Shown here: one piece after another, positions 41,111-54,020 of the stretch | Layout: each line of letters opens with the position of its first letter | Position numbering within the stretch: the first letter of the stretch is position 1 | DNA from: Epiperipatus broadwayi | Lineage: Eukaryota; Animalia; Onychophora | DNA: 64,000 nt | Assembly (NCBI GenBank): GCA_028023455.1 | Contig: JAQFVV010000001.1 | Location: 4,898,001 to 4,962,000, forward strand | Direction of reading: 5' to 3' | Made by a program: the position numbers and the translations under genes | Notes under the pieces: model-generated | Told to the model about the DNA's origin: nothing | The model's input: only the letters and a program-made list of their open reading frames with translations | The model's database searches: none

Positions 41111-42479
41111 GTATTAATCAGCTTTGTACGCAAACATATACACAACAGTTATTGTTGTTATTTTACTTTCATTATAGAACACTAGATGGTGTTTTATCTG
41201 CAATAATTGGTTAATGTTAGGAGAGATGATTAACATTTGAAAAAGCACAAAACCATGTATCGATAAAGGCTTTTTATGTGTAATTATTATTATTATTATA
41301 TATATATAATTATATAGCTGTTGTATGTGATTTTTATTATGATATGAATTTATCCACAGATAGCATAACCCATATCTATGTGTTTTATTTGTAGAAAAAA
41401 TATTAGATTATGACTATGTTATACAAAGTCTTAACGTCTATTGCTTTTATAAATAGGTGACCGAATTTTAACAATTTTTTATGTAATCAAAAAAGATTGC
41501 AAATGAAATTTTGAGAAGCCCTAATATATAATATCTCATTTTGTTGTTATAGAAATAAACTGTCATATATTTATAATGAGAATGAGAATGAAACAGAGTT
41601 GGGATTATGATAAAATGAAAATTACAAATGCCAATTATGAAAGGATTTATATATATAAAGTTTTAAAAGTTTAAAAATGATAAAATTATGTAAGATATCA
41701 GATTGTTTAATTTCCACCTTTTTGATTAAATAAAATTGGGATATAATTAATATTATTTTTTTAGAATTTTACTGTGTTGTCAAGATATGAACTATAGATT
41801 AGTTACTGCAAAAAAGCAGTCTGCATATTATTTCCTACATTTTTCAACAACTGTCATACTATCACAAATAATATGATAGGTTAACAGATAACTATGAGCA
41901 GTAGTCAAACAAACTTATTTTAAGATTAAATGAAAATATATGTCTAGAGATATGGAAAATCTTCACGAACACTTTTTTTGTGGGCATAATGTATTTAATA
42001 TCAAAATAAAATATCAATAGGTATTGCATAGTTCATATGCATGAAAATCATTACTATGTTAGTTTTACATAATTTTTGATCTAAATACCATCAATAATTA
42101 GGCTAAACATTGTAAGATATTTGATTACCTTCTTATATATAGTTAAACTTCAAAGATAACGTCCTTGGTTTAAGGTCTTTTATGACCATTTCCACTGCTT
42201 ATTATTCATGCATAAGTTGTCATTTTAAATGAAGAGTCAGTCTATGTTTAAGCTTTTATAAATTTTGATTTTTCCCTCCTCTCTGCAGTATCATCTGACC
42301 AATCAGTATACCAAAGAAGGAAGGAATAACAATAATGAACATTGAAAACTAATCAGCTTAGACCTGTCTTAAATTATTTATATTATTTTTTTTATGATAA
42401 AACTTTTTTCAATTTCAAATTAGTTCTGTCATTTTATTTTTAAGTTATTCTAAATCCATCAACTTTTCCTAGATAAACT

Positions 42480-44836
42480 CATTCTGGATTAGAGCTTTTG
42501 TGGATCTTGTCAAGGGGAGGTATAAAAATAAATTAAAATTTTTTAAATTAGAATAATTAAATTTATGTCTATTTAAATTTTAATGTGAAAATTTATGCAT
42601 TATGCTATAAAGTGTTACCTAATAATCACTCCATTTATTTTATAGTTCATACATATTAGCACTGTAAACACAGGAATAACCTCATTTGTGCAATTTACTA
42701 ATTTTGACTTTGTAATGAGTATCACTGTTATGAGAGCATTTGATAATTGTTCAATTTTAACTTTGAGATGGATAAGTGATTAATAAAAACAATGTACTTG
42801 TAGAGGCCAATCAAAGGCAGTGAAGATACCAAATAATCCAACTTGTAAGAGATAATTATTCATATTTTACCAGAATTAGCAGGAACATCCATATTGTTTT
42901 TAACACCAGATAGCAAAAGGCAGAAAATACCATGTGAAAAATTCACAGATATGATCCTTCTTATTTGAAGCATGGATTTGTGTCTTGATATAATGATCCC
43001 CAAAAGCCTATTTATGTAATCTGCCAAAGACAGTTATCAAATGATTATATGAGACTAAATACTACACATAGTGAATTTAAAAGTAAGACAGCTTACTTTT
43101 TTGAAAGAAAGACTGAAGAGTTAAAACAGCAAACTAATTTTTTTTCAAAGCATATTAAAGTAGAGCTTCTTTTGAAATTGCTTTATTAATTGCTAAAACA
43201 AAAAAAAACAAACAATTATAAAATTTGCAAAGATCTCATCTTACCAACAACATAAAAATTTGTGAAAATATCCATGGTTTCAAAATATCAAATACTTAAA
43301 AAAAAAAGTTTCTGTGTCCGATGATACAATTAAAATAATAGGCAGCATTGCCAACAATATCATAGTTATATTATTATCATGAATCGAGTAAAGTACTGTA
43401 TTTGTCATACAACTTGATAAGTCAATTGACAATAAGAATGATGCTAATTTGATGGTTTTCATCTGAAACATGTTTAATTTGAAAATGCATGAAGACCTGC
43501 TGTTTTGTGGAAATCTGTTCAGTGCAACTAAAAGAAATGATATATTTCATCTATAGAAAATGAAGTTGAATAACAAAAGTGCATTGGAGTTTACTTCAAT
43601 GGAACTGATGCTAGGCTGGCAGGATTTTAAGATTTATAGGAATATTAAAAAAGATGTCTGAACATCATTCACATAAAAAAACTAGTATTCAACATATGGA
43701 AGAATCACTTAGTAAAATGTTATCAGAAGTTTCCACTGTAGTTAATTACATAGAAAGTAACACCATTAATACAAAACTTTTTCAAATTTTACATCAAGAA
43801 ATGGACTTCAATTATGAATCTCTTTTATATCACACAGAAGTAAGTTGATTATCCCATAATAAAGTTCTAAAAAGAGTTTTAATATTTAAAAATGCATTAC
43901 AGATTTTTCTTTTTTCATATTAGCATCCTATTTTTCTGATCAAAATTGGAAATGTTTGTTTTCTTATTTGATGGGTATTTTCAAAAAAAGAAACAAATTT
44001 AATTTTTCTCTACTTGGAAAAAGTATCAATTTATTAATCCTAAACACAAAATTGCATTTTTCAAAATAAGTTTTATGCATTGTTAGAAAAGATTTATGCA
44101 TAATTATATAGAAATATTTGTTTTTTTCCATGAATTTCTTGAAGAAAATATTTTATTTTCAACAGAAAGTTAACCACATCATAAATTTGATGACTTTTTT
44201 TTGAAAAATATTTTCCTAAATTAAATGAAAATGCAGAATATGATGGGATAAAAATGTCATTTGTTCTATCCCTACAATTTAACAATATCTCATAGTCATC
44301 TCAGAAAGAACGAATTGTCTTGAGAGCAGATTACCAGAATTTTGTAGTAAGGATTTATCAGAATTTTGGATCCAGTGACAAAAAAATATTCTTCATTGAT
44401 GAATGCAGTCTTAAATATTTTGGTTCTGTTCCTATTGACATATTTTTACAAAACTGCATTTTCATTGCTATTACTAATTAAAAATAAGCATAGTTCTTGT
44501 TTATCCATGGAAATTATTGTGAAAAATTCTAAGAATTTCTGTCAAATATTTTTCAATATTGATTTTCTCTTTTGTTGTATTATTCAATTTTTGTCTAATT
44601 ATTTATTAATGAGTTTTGTGATTCATATTTCATGATCTTTATAATATTTGTAATTCTTTAAATATTTTATATTATAATGAAAATATAAACAAAAAAAGTT
44701 ATTTAAATAAATGAAATATAAATAAAATAAAATTATATAATAAGAGCTTATGCCTCTTAATTTTTTCTTTCAGGGGCCACAAAAGTTTCTAGATATTCCA
44801 GGGGAGACTTTATATCAATGAGTTTGCAAAGCACTG
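42480..44836 (+). mobile_element. hAT Buster/Charlie (ZBED5/ZBED8-like) transposase relic
   Basis: RYDPSYLKHGF...PIYVICQRQLSND (about 42947-43045), VVNYIESNTINTKLFQILHQEMDFNYESLLYHTEVS (ORF 43654-43848; compare LLxHTEVRWLSRG) and FLLTYFYKTAFSLLLLIKNK (ORF 44366-44635). The 3' terminus is ...AGTTTGCAAAGCACTG (44836). I found no 5' TIR. Confidence 0.9.
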
Positions 44837-44999
44837 TTCCAGATAAACAAGTATTATCATAATATATAAAACATCACAGTTTATTTATATAATTTAATTA
44901 TTTATTTCACCATATTTCTCACTCCTTTTACTTCTAAATATGGGATTACTAATACTTACATATAATTTTTTTAAATACTTTATATATCTTCATCAATGC

Positions 45000-46560
45000 T
45001 TAATTTTTGAAAACTTTACCTGTTTTTTGTTTTCTATTCGATCATTTCCCTAGATGGTATTTTCTATATAGATTCAGATTCAAGTTATATAATCTCAGAT
45101 TTGGATTAAATTAGGTTTGGGTTTTTGCTGTTCTTTTGCAGCTTTAGCTTAAAGTTGTTTTTGTCATTAACCTTTCATTTACAAAGATGATTTACGATTC
45201 TTTAAATATGACATGAATCATTAATCTCACAATCACTATCTATTGGGATAGTTTTTGTTTATTGTCTCTTTTATCCAAGCTTTATTTATGCTATCCCTGA
45301 TCCAAACATTTTCCCCATTTATGAATTTATCATTTGTTACAGTTACAAGAAAGATGGCTGATTTTTTTTTCCCCCTGGGTAGTAACAATGTTAATATATT
45401 TCTCTGTTTTCTGCCTATTTAATTGACCGGGAAATTTGTCATGTTTATTTATTAAAATATATTCCTATGAAGTCAGTATATTCCATTTTATTATTTATGA
45501 ACTTTAAATGGTCTGGTACTTAATTGTCATTAACTAAAATTCCCAGAAGTGATATATGGTTGATAATTAATTTAAAAGATTGACCACAAAAATACTGCTG
45601 AAATTTCTTTGAATAGCTTTAATTTTTTGCAGCCATCTATAAACTCCTCCATGATAGGTAGGCTTTCAATCCTTCACCATTACAAATTGGATGACTAATT
45701 ATATTATTACCCACTCCAGATTTATAAGCATCAATTACCATTTGATTGCTATCAAAATGGACTAACACTCTTCATAGTCAACAAAAATATCTTCTCATCC
45801 ATTCAACTTTTTAAATAGTTCATAAATTAGTTTAGTGACTTGAATCTTCCTTTTTAAAAATGTTGCCAGGACTTTTCCCACACTTAGTCTTTAATATGCT
45901 ATTTTGTTCATATATTTATTGACAATAACTCTCTTTTTCTTTACAAAATTTGATTATAGGAATTTGTTATTACTACAAAAGTCCATTCTGTTTTCTGTTG
46001 ATATAAGGATTTCCCTAGCTACCAATTTTTGAATTTTTTGCTCTCTTGCTAAAAATGATCCCTTGTTCTTTTTCAAACAATTTTAGTATAATTTTTCTGA
46101 CTTGGAGACATTTTTGATAATACTAATTTTTCTCCCAGTATCTCCAACTACTCTTTGATAATAATTAGACTTATTTGCCCATTAATAATATAGGGTGGTA
46201 GAATAATAAATGCATTAATCTATTCATCAAATTTCAGTAAAGTATTACTCACATCTTAAACTTCTAAATGTGGGGATTTATTTTTTTTGCTCAGATTGGA
46301 TTCCTTGTTAGATATTATTCTTTTTTATATATGTTCTGATTTATTATTAATTTCTATATTTATCTGTTTGCTGCAAATTCTTAATTTTTAGCAAATTCAT
46401 TAGAATTTGGAGTACCTTTGTTTTTAACTATAAAATTTATCACAACTTTGTTTTCATTATTTTCATATGGTTGATCAGTTTGTTCTTAATTTTCCATTTT
46501 ATTCTTTTGCAAGACATACACCAGTTTACTTTAGACCCTACAATTTGAACTATTTTCACT
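45000..46560 (-). mobile_element. Very decayed non-LTR retrotransposon (CR1/L2/Jockey-like) remnant
   Basis: Minus strand gives ANKSNYYQR (about 46180), KCGKSPG (about 45885) and NYQP(I)SLL with a one-base frameshift (about 45570), in the order expected for linker followed by RT start. Confidence 0.5.
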
Positions 46561-48073
46561 GCTTTCTTATGTGACCTAACTCATCACTATAGTTACATGA
46601 AATTTTTATCAATTCATTTGTACGTTATTTGATATATTCTTTCATAACTTATAGATTTTACAGATCTAAATAGAATGGTTCTTTTTAGTTGGACAATATA
46701 GAAACTCTTGATTGATCTACTACTATTTAATATGTTGACTATTTTAAAATTGCCTCCACCTGTATCAAATTTGTACTTTAAAAAGTTTTTACCCGAATCT
46801 TTCATTAAATATGCTTATAAAAGGTGTTCAAGGAGAGCTTCATCAAGAGAATGTTTATATGCTTAGTCTTTTATGAGAATAAGAATGTATGATATATTTT
46901 AATTTTCTTCTTGTTAACACTTATTAAGAAATGAAGTCATATTATATGTCATGATGACTACAACTAAAGCAATTGTTCAGCTTTCCTACTACTTCTTCAT
47001 ATGATGTTTTTTTCTGGCCTTGTGAGTTTGCACATATTCTATTTGCACTTTCTTGCCTACTAGAACATGAAAGTGCAACTATTTTTTCCTATCACCTTTA
47101 GAATAAAAAATGTTTCACAGAGCAGTACATAATGGCCATTCAGTGACATTATCTATTTTGAATTACACAATACTCATTTGCCCTATTGACATCATCTTTA
47201 CTCAGTTTACTATTAGGCTAAGTTCAAACCAATAAAACTGTGACTGTTTATCATTGGAATGACTAGCCATAAATTTTATGAGTTACTGCAGAGTCACCTG
47301 TATGTTATTTCCATCATACTCTTATTACAACTGACAAATTGGTATGGTATAACTACTGGTTTGATAGCATTCACCATGATTTGTGGTTGAACAAAGTTAT
47401 TTTAAGATTAAATGAAAACATGAGCATAAAGTGGTGGTAAGGTTTAGCTAACATATTTGTTACAATATCTTTCTTCTAGTGCTGTATATTATGGGAAGAC
47501 TCAAGAAAACATTGTTACTAGTGTCACACAATATAAATCCCTATAGAAGTGACCAATGAACATCTCTGAACATTAGTCAATTTTTCTTGAGCATGAGCAG
47601 GAATATGGCCATATTTTTGACCAAGCAAAGGTAAATATTGTACATTGTGAATGTGATGATAAAAATGCAAAATAAAGGAAGTATGATTGATTTCTAATAA
47701 CCCAGTCATTTACATAATTAAATCTCATTAATGCATCCTGTGGATTATGAATTCTATGATTCTGATTGTGAAAGCATTCTCAGCAAGTTTTAAAGACTCT
47801 AATACTGACTAATTTTTCTTTTCTAAATATTCAAAACATTGATGTATATAAATTATATATATATATAAAGTTATGTTGATTAGAAAAAGAGAAATGTACT
47901 CCTATATTAATTTTACATAGTTATTGTCTTAGGTATTATATTATACTCGTTATTCTATAAGCATTGTATTTTGATTATTTGCTTACATATAGATTTATCA
48001 TTAGTATGTGCTAAAATTATAATGTAGACTGGGGCAGCCTGCATGAGTTCGTAATCTATTCTTTAATTTTCAG

Positions 48074-48160
48074 AGGTAGAGTTTCTAGATTAAGAATTGT
48101 CTTGATGTTTTTTGCTGATTGTAAGTGATGCACTGTGGCCTCTCTCAAAATGACCAAAAA
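48074..48160 (+). other. Candidate exon with two alternative donors (48120 and 48160)
   Basis: ctttaattttcag|AGGTAG...GCTGATT|gtaagt and ...ATGACCAAAAA|gtgagt. The ATG at 48150 is in frame with the 52539 exon. Confidence 0.4.
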
Positions 48161-49502
48161 GTGAGTCTTTCTCTAAGCGTTTATAAATTGGTTCTTCTAT
48201 TCTCTTGAATAACATCTGACTAATAAGTATACCAAGAAGGATATGGGTTACAAAAATGTCTATTGGATTACTTAGTATAAATCTGTCTTGATTAATTATG
48301 CCTTTTTTTAAAATAAATCTTTTTTCTCTTTAATTAATTCTGTGATATTATTTTAATTAAAGTGTTTTTTTAATTAATTCTAAATCTATTAATATTTTCT
48401 CGATTAACTTATTCTAGATAAGTATTACTCAATATTTAAAAGAATACATTTTATTTATACATAATTATTTATTTCAGCATATTTCTCCCTTTCTTTAAGA
48501 TTGCTTTAACTAATATTAGGATTATACTATCTGATTAAATAAATTTTTACTTTAAATTATGATATCCACATTAAATAATGTCATTTATTATGATTTTGTT
48601 TAGGTTAGAAATGTTAGATGAATCAGATTGTATACTCTGATATAAGTCAATGACAGTTGACCGTAACATTTTGTTTAATATTTAATGTAGTATTCATGTG
48701 AATTAGACAATATAAAGCTCATTTTACAAGAATTATGCTACAGAAAATAGACTAGAAATAAAAAAGTCTAATAAGATTTACTTAAACATAAGCCTAATAT
48801 AAAGGTGTAGATTGTTAATTTTAATAAAATTATCAGCAGTTGATTAGATTTGAATCACTTGTTTAATAAATAAATAATAATTTGATAAGAATCTTCAGAA
48901 GAAACAATAACAAGTGCAACACTATTAATTTGGTAGTCTTTATTTTTTAATCCTTTCATATTAACAATCTTGTTGGATTTTATTAAAGAAATTATTTCAA
49001 CAATCATAGTAGAAATAAGATATAGTCACTTAAAAGTTATTAATGTTCTTTCAGTATTGTATTAATCAAAATAAAATTAAATGGTTATTTATTGAAAAAA
49101 ATTCCTTAAAAAAATTATTAAGTAAATGTAAATTTATTATTTATATTTTATTTTTCTCTTCTGATACAATTTTTCTTGCATCAAATAAAATTTATAAATT
49201 TTGGGTTGTTTATATTTATTTACATATGTAAATAAAAATGTTATATTACTAAAGAATAATAAAATTAAATTATTATTTAAAATATTTGTGTTGAAAGAAT
49301 GTTTATAAAAGTTTAATAAAGAATACACGTATAAAAGTGTTTGTTATGGTTTTAAAGAATGTATTTTGACAGCAATTTGATTAAAAAACTAGGAAACATA
49401 AGAATCAGTGTTCTTTTAGAACAAAGAAAATATTTCCATATTTTTCATATCAGCACTTATGAAACTTTTTAATAGATATTTTAAATAATGTATATAAAAA
49501 AT

Positions 49503-49614
49503 AATTAAATAGCTTTATTGTTCAAGTATTCATAAAAATTTGAGCAGTTGAAGTGACACAGCTGAGTCTCAATCCATGGACCATGAACTGCAGATCTCCA
49601 CTGCACCAAACCAT
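49503..49614 (-). mobile_element. tRNA-derived SINE (family B)
   Basis: Minus strand atggtttggtgcagt...gtccatggattgagactcagc...atgaatacttgaacaataaa aligns with 61680-61810. Confidence 0.5.
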
Positions 49615-52538
49615 AAAATGCAATTCTATGTATTATTTAATGCTGTAACAAACATTTTTATAAGTTTATTTTTTTAAATTTTATTTAATCAAACCACTTA
49701 ATATTTTTTTTTGGATAAATATTTGTGTTTGACATCACTGTTGGAACTTTCTTATTATAGATTATATCCATGATTATACACAACAAGCACAAAATCTTAA
49801 AATTATTACTATTGTTCTAAAATGATGTTACCATAATTAAATTGAAAGGCAGCAAACTTCTCACTCTTATTATAATTATAATACTTATCTGACAGCCAAT
49901 CAGATAATGTAAATAGTATATTTGTATGTGTAATAAAATCTCCAATGAACATAATTAATCGCAGAAGTTTATTTATTATAGAAGGCATTTACACTAGTAC
50001 ACATTGAAATATACATATTTAGGAATAATTTTGTTCTTCTCTCAGCCAAGAACAAAGTTACTATCCAATACAGCCATTTAGACAGGAAAGTTATAATGCT
50101 AAAGCAAAATATAAGTATAAAAATGCATATAAAATTAATTGCTCTGCATATTAAAAGTTTTAAATATAACACTATAGAGTTCAGTTTTAATAAAAACTAA
50201 AGTTGAATCTTTAAAAGCACAAAATAAATAGCCTATAACAAACTTATATTAAAAAATCATAAAATTTTTCACAGTTCATTAACTTAGCTGTTTTATATTA
50301 AGAATTTCCATTTTTTCACTTTGAAATAATTTTTTTTTTGATGATCAATTTTGATTTTGTGATTCATAGAGAAAATTAAAATCAAACTTCTAAAAATATA
50401 AACAAACCCAACCCACATTAATAAAAAAAAAATCACAGATCATTGATTTAGAAATTCAATATTTAGAATTTTTGCTTTTGTATTTAGAAATTGTTTCATT
50501 TTTGGCAACATCTATCAAATGCACAAACTAAATTAACTAAGTAAGCTTTATAAAATATGACAGATATTTTACACTCTGTATAAAAGAGAACAGTTCTGAA
50601 GTATTTTGCACATATTTCCTATGCAATTCAATGACTTATTACAGTATTTGCATTTGTTAACAGTTTTAGTGCTTTTTTTCTTTGGATCTTTGCTCATAAC
50701 TAAAATTATTATATCTATGCGATGAAATAAATGTAAACAAATATTGTTTGTTAAAAATGCAACTAAACAGGGAAGCGAATTAAATTGGTAATTTCAAGTT
50801 TATAAAATTTAATAAAGATGGCTGATACTATTACATTAATTGTAATATTTGTATTTGCCATTCAAATTGTAATTTAGTGAGTAAATTATTTATTGTATAA
50901 TTTACTTTCTGTAGAAGCATATACAGAAGCAGCATCACATTATCTTCTATGCAGTTATAATTTTCAATAGCTTTTAGAATGTTACTAATTTTCCATTGCC
51001 AGATTAATAGTATATTACATCTATATTTAAAACTCTTAATATTCTTTACAATCAACTTTTTAATATATTTTCAGAATGATGTTATAGTGTATAGTAACTT
51101 ATTTTTTTCTCACAATATTAATGTGTAAGTTTTCAAAATCATGGTTTACTCAAAAATTAAATTTTGAATTTATAAAAGTATATATGTAATTTTTTTGAAT
51201 TTAAAACTTTGTTTTTAATTTATTTACCATAAATAAATAATTTTTATTAAAGTTATTTTATTTAATTAAAAAGTATGATCATCTTATTGTTTAAACACAA
51301 TACAAGAATTATGAATAACAAGATAACTTGTGGTGTAAATCTTCTAGTCTTTAAAATAAAATTGTCTTTTTGAAGATATATATAAATTTATCACCTTGTC
51401 TATAATATTATTATTAAGCATTACACTATCCAAGTACTACGTGCAATCTTTTTTTTTTTTTCGAGGTCTTCACAAATTATTAAATAAATAAATAAAAATT
51501 ATTTTTTAAAAAGACAACTGCATTGTAATTATTACAGTGATAATCTTAAAAGATCAAAATAACCTTGATTATTAAACTTTCCTCAAATAAATATCAATAA
51601 AATAACTGATCATTATTTCAAAGAATAATAACAGTTGTTAAGAACAGGATTATTTATTTATAGCGATACTCCACTTCCAGACATTTATTCTTGGGAGTAT
51701 TTTTAATTGAATACCATTAAACTGTAAATAACATAAGAAAAGATCGTCATGTTTTTGAAAATATAGATTGTTAAATGAAGAAGAATGAGATAGAATTATA
51801 ATATCCTTAGACATAAAAAACACATAAGAGAAGACATGGTAAATAAACAAAATAGATAAACTAAACAATTAAGTAACAAGATAGAAAATCTGACAGTTTA
51901 ACTTATAGAAAGTTATATAGATTTTTTGTTGTTGTTGAAAATCAGTACATACAAACAACATAAAAAATAAAATATTTGTTTAGCATAGTATAGTTTGTAA
52001 TAATAATTTAAAGTTATGCATCAACTGGAAATAATTTTTATGCCTTGTGATGTATAACTCAATAGGGTAATTATGAATTTATCTTTGAAATGATTTTGCT
52101 TGAAAACAAAACAAAACAATGATTAAGCAGTAGTTGCAGTTGACCTTATTTATTCAGGGTCACTAGGAAATTCTCTCACAAGGATGGGCGTTGGTTATTG
52201 GTTATGAGGAAACAAATTGAAGGAAATAGACTTCCCTTTCATCCTCTACTGTTAAAATTTCAAACGATCTTTAACAATCCCCTCCCATCTTTTTCAATAC
52301 ATAAAATTTATATACATTAAAAAAATCTCTTAAACACTGTTAAAATATATTATTTTCAAAATATTCATGTTAGTCATATTTCTATGTTTATTTTTTTTAA
52401 TTTACTCTTGTTTTGTTGACTCTTCTCAGATATCCTTTTTTCATCAGTGTCACTTTTAAACTTGTTTGAGTTGGGATTATATCTGGATTTAAATATAATA
52501 AACAGACTTTTTAAATTATATATATTAATTTTTAACAG

Positions 52539-52764
52539 GAGTTCAACTAAAACCATGTCAGGGGAAATAGGCAAATCGAATCAACAGGTTGAACACTGGG
52601 ATCCACGTCATATTAATGAGTATTACAAGGGCGTCTATTATTTAGTTCAACAATTGCAATTTATTACAGTATTGTCAATGGTGGACTCAAGAGCTAATAA
52701 TTCTTGGGTCAATTTCTATCTGAAAACGTTAAAAAAAAAAAAGAATCTTAATTTGATTAGTTAA
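52539..52764 (+). CDS. Candidate coding exon; joined to 48150-48160 it gives MTKKSSTKTMSGEIGKSNQQVEHWDPRHINEYYKG... (unknown product)
   Basis: Acceptor aatttttaacag|G, an open frame to 52764 (track ORF 52447-52764) and a local GC/CpG-rich patch. No clear donor and no recognised homology. Confidence 0.3.
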
Positions 52765-53189
52765 TTGAAAATGTTGCACTCAACTGATCTTCCTTTCCCT
52801 TAAAAATTATTTGATTTCCTATGCAATTAGGTTAATTTGTTCTTGGATTGATTACAAAATAAAGGTCATTATATTATTAGTGTCTAACAAAAAGGAAGCA
52901 TAGCTGTCTTCAGAAATGCAGTCATTTGCTGAGCATGTCCATTAGTAAAAGAAACATATAAAGCTAAAAAACATTACCATAATTTTACTAAATCAGTGAA
53001 TGTCATCTAAAAAAACCCCGATTATGTTGATTGATGAAAGATCATTTTTAAAATAATTATACAAAATTCAGATTACTGAAAAGATATATAAGATAAGACA
53101 GATAAATTGAAAGAAATGAAAAAAGGATTTGAATTAATATATGAAAATATAATAAAAAGAATTGATAAAAATGAGAAATATATTTTAGT

Positions 53190-54020
53190 TCTGATAAGCA
53201 TTGGTGTAGGATTAAGGAAAGATTATTAGAAATAGCAAACAATAAAATAGCAACAATTAGATTAAAGAAAAATAAATGTCTTTGGATAATGGAAGGTATA
53301 TTGGAAAAGATGGCAGTATGGAGGAGAAGAATACTAATGCTAAAAAATGGGAAAGAGCATATAGGAAAATTAATAATGAACTAAGAAGAGAAACAGATTT
53401 AACAAAAGAAAAATGATAGGAATAAGAATGTAGAGAAATAGAAAGGCTTCAACAGGTAAAAGGATATGATCTGGTATTTGATAGAATTAGAAGTGAAATA
53501 ATTGATAAGAATGGAAAGGGATTAAGTGATAGCAATGATATATTGAAAATATAAAAATCCAGTATCTATGAAAATAATTCAATTAATTATGAACTTGAAA
53601 ATGAATAAGATGTTAAAGTAGATGATAAAGTTATGGGCATGTTGACAGATGAAGTAATAAAATTGATTGAATAAATGAAAAATGATAAAGCTGTCAGATT
53701 TGATACAATACTTATAGAATTTTTGAAAGAAATGGGAGAATTTACTATGAAGGAAATAGTTGGACTTTGCAATTTGATATACAATAATGATTTGGCTTAA
53801 AAATTTTTGAAAACTATAGTGATTACAATTGCAAAAAAGAAGAAAGCTGTTGAATGTGAAGATTACAGGACAATGATTTTGTTATCTCATGCTTCTAATG
53901 TTTTATTTAAGATTTTAACTCTATGGGAAGATAGAATATTGTATTGGAGAAAAACAGTTTGGTTATCAGAGTATGTTAAAAGATGCTATTGGTGTTATTA
54001 GAATAATTTCAGAAAGATAT
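53190..54020 (+). mobile_element. RTE LINE, 5' segment (interrupted at 54020)
   Basis: KAVRFDTILIEFLKEMG...KTIVITIAKKKKAVECEDYRTMILLSHASNVLFKIL (partly ORF 53807-54001), then DAIGVIRIISERY at the break. Confidence 0.85.

Noticed and set aside
41178-41265. CTCF-like CACTAGATGGTG and DRE TATCGATA motifs (another TATCGATA at 61577)
   Set aside because: They are short matches with no promoter context. A rough estimate gives about one TATCGATA by chance in 64 kb of this composition.
14866-45885. Three Su(H)/RBPJ-like TGTGGGAA sites (about 14.87, 21.97 and 45.88 kb)
   Set aside because: They are not clustered or paired, are close to chance expectation, and one lies in a LINE relic.
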